Shown: piece by piece, positions 62,078 to 64,000 of the stretch | How the letters are laid out: the number at the start of each line of letters is the position of its first letter | Position numbering within the stretch: the stretch's first letter is position 1 | NCBI GenBank assembly: GCA_963804995.1 | Contig: CAWDSK010000005.1 | Location: forward strand, 1,254,457-1,318,456 | DNA length: 64,000 nt | DNA from: an uncultured Acidobacteriota bacterium | GTDB taxonomy: Bacteria; Acidobacteriota; Terriglobia; UBA7540 | Direction of reading: 5' to 3' | The notes under the pieces: model-generated | What the model was told of the DNA's origin: nothing | Seen by the model: the letters and a program-made list of their open reading frames with translations, nothing else | Databases searched by the model: none | Program-made: the position numbers and the translations under genes

Positions 62078-62282
62078 ATCATCTGAATGCGGGGTCAGCC
62101 TAACTGACGGCGGCTCGCTCGTTGTCGCCGTCCCGCGACAAGCCTACCCCCCACATTGATCCGACCGACGATTCCCCCACAGAGACCCCCAAAAAGCTAT
62201 GACAGCCGCGCTCAGTTGCGGCGACAAGCCGTCCCATCGTTCGTCCCCGCCGTGGGGGTCACTCATACAAAAGAGGCAAATC

Positions 62283-62651
62283 ATGACCAAGACCGCGAGA
62301 CTCACCGAAGCCGATCTGAGGCAGTTCACCGGCTCCGAGAACTGGTACCGGCATCCCATCAACCGTGTCGTCCTGTTCACCGACGGCGCGAAATACCTCG
62401 CCGACCAAGGCGGCGCCTACTGGCTTCTGGACGCGATCGCCATTGCACAGCGGTATGAAAAGTGCGTTGCCGCCGAACCGTTCCAGGTCTGGACGCTCAG
62501 GGTGCATTCCGACCGGACCGCGACACTAGTCTGCTCCGACGGCAACGACAACATCGTATATAGGCAACACGTTGAGTTCACTGACTTCCCGCTCGACGAA
62601 ACCACCCTCTACTACGCAAACAACGTGATCTATCTGCCGAGCGAACATTGA
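62283..62651 (+). CDS. DUF6876-like hypothetical protein
   Basis: LRQFTGSE.WYRH..FTDGAKYLA..AYWLLD..TDFPL..LPSEH. Confidence 0.7.
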   Translation: MTKTARLTEADLRQFTGSENWYRHPINRVVLFTDGAKYLADQGGAYWLLDAIAIAQRYEKCVAAEPFQVWTLRVHSDRTATLVCSDGNDNIVYRQHVEFTDFPLDETTLYYANNVIYLPSEH

Positions 62652-62740
62652 CACGAGCGCCGCGTCAAAGGCGCAGCTTTTTTCTAGCGCTATAATCGGT
62701 TATAGCCGCCAACGAAACAGACGCTGCCACGCAAATCCAG

Positions 62741-62980
62741 TTGCAGCATAAGGGCAGCAAGCTCTTGCGCGCCATTGAGGATGCCTTAATTTGGATTCGG
62801 CACGAGAATTTCGACATCTGCGAAGAATGCGGGGAGCCGATTAGCCAGGGGCGCTTAGTAGCGGTGCGCTGGACCAGGCGGCGCAGAGACTGCAAGGGAA
62901 GGCTTTCGACGCTGAGGAACATACTTTCGCCGCCATCCGCGACAACGTTGCAGGGCGCCCCACCCCGATCGTTAATGTAG
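62741..62980 (+). pseudogene. Degenerate DksA/TraR remnant
   Basis: LRAIEDAL..ICEECGEPIS.GRL.AV.W; second CxxC broken. Confidence 0.5.
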
Positions 62981-62994
62981 GAAATATCGAAAAT

Positions 62995-64000
62995 CAGTAG
63001 TGTCCTAACGTTTGGTTCGAAATTCCGTGTAAGTGCCTACATTCTAAGGAATTGCGAGTGAAAACGGTCATAAACGATTTGAAGTTTCCGATACTCTACG
63101 GCCATTCCACGTACGCGAAAGGAATGGTCAATGAACGAGGGGGAACCGTCTTCTCCCAGCTCATGGATTTTTTGCCGCTGCACCGATTTCGCCCCTGTGT
63201 GGAGCGCTACGCCGGCGACTACAAGGTCCAAAGCTTCACCTGTCTGGACCAGTTCCTCTGCTTGGCCTTTGCACAGCTTACCTTCCGGGAAAGTCTCCGC
63301 GACATCGAAGCGTGTCTTCGTGCCCAGCAGCCCAAGCTCTATCACATGGGCTTCCGGGGACAAATTTCTCGCAGCAACCTGGCCTACGCCAACGAGCATC
63401 GCGACTGGCGAATCTTCGCCGAATTCGCGCAGGTGCTGATCGGCATCGCTCGCGACCTTTACCTATCTCTTTACGCAAGCTTGCGCCTTCTTCGTCACGC
63501 GCGCCAAAAAGAACTTGCAGTTCTACCTTCGCACCTCGCGCCCGGTCGATCGCTCCAGCGGCGTGCGGTGCGACCAAACCATTCGTCTGACCGGCATCCG
63601 GACGGCGCAGCGCTATCCCGATCTGCTGCGCCGCATCGCCTACTACGACGCCGAGAAGGACTTGCGGCTGACCTTTCTGACCAACAATTTTCTCCTTCTC
63701 CCTCTGACCATCGCCCAACTGTATCGGGCGCGTTGGCAGGTAGAATTGTTCTTCCGTTGGATCAAACAGCATCTGCACATCCGAGCTTTTTACGGCACCT
63801 CCGAGAACGCTGTGAAGACGCAAGTCTGGGTGGCCCTCTCGGTTTATGTCCTGGTAGCCATTGTCAAAAAGCAACTGGGGCTGGACCAGAGTCTCCACCA
63901 AATTCTCCAAATTCTCAATGCCACGATTTTCGAAAAAACCCCGATTTTAGAGGGTTTTTCCAATTTCAGCGCCGTCTCCTCAGACGAGGAAACTTGTATC
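62995..64000 (+). mobile_element. IS4-family element remnant (DUF4372-type transposase, frameshifted and internally deleted)
   Basis: End-like CAGTAGTGTCC; frames encode TVFSQLMDF..FAQLTFRESLRDIE and LYRARWQVELFFRWIKQHL; central catalytic segment appears missing. Confidence 0.8.

Overview
GC-rich bacterial chromosome segment; the gene style suggests Acidobacteria, which is inference only. 1-16.3 kb is a mobile/defence patch: the right end of an IS21, a complete IS66, tRNA-Gly(CCC), and a damaged type I R-M locus (hsdM intact, hsdS with a Trp->TGA stop, hsdR frameshifted). Two near-identical copies of an unusual IS sit in this locus, each inserted in a REP hairpin with a 22-bp target duplication. 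16.6-38.6 kb is core metabolism: two KdgK-like kinases, gnd, tkt, tal-pgi fusion, zwf, opcA, pgl, rpe, ECF sigma/anti-sigma, DksA/TraR, ComF, HNH and a Gfo/Idh/MocA oxidoreductase. It also carries a group II intron inserted in a REP-like hairpin. From a 5' half of tRNA-Ser(GCT) at 38.86 kb onward lies an integrative island with ssb, a partial PRTRC ubiquitin-like cassette, an AbiE-type TA pair, a methyltransferase/helicase module and an IS4 remnant. The centrepiece is a 4.5-kb operon of 29 tRNA genes interleaved with rtcB and an HNH gene. It is headed by two tandem ~300-bp units (tRNA-Thr + 44-codon leader peptide ending GGGG + terminator + boxA) that look like a ribosome-stalling attenuator. 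The array lacks Leu, Ser and Tyr tRNAs and contains a long-arm, Sec-like UAU tRNA and seven tRNAs with C33. Product calls are from motif recognition by eye; no database searches were run.
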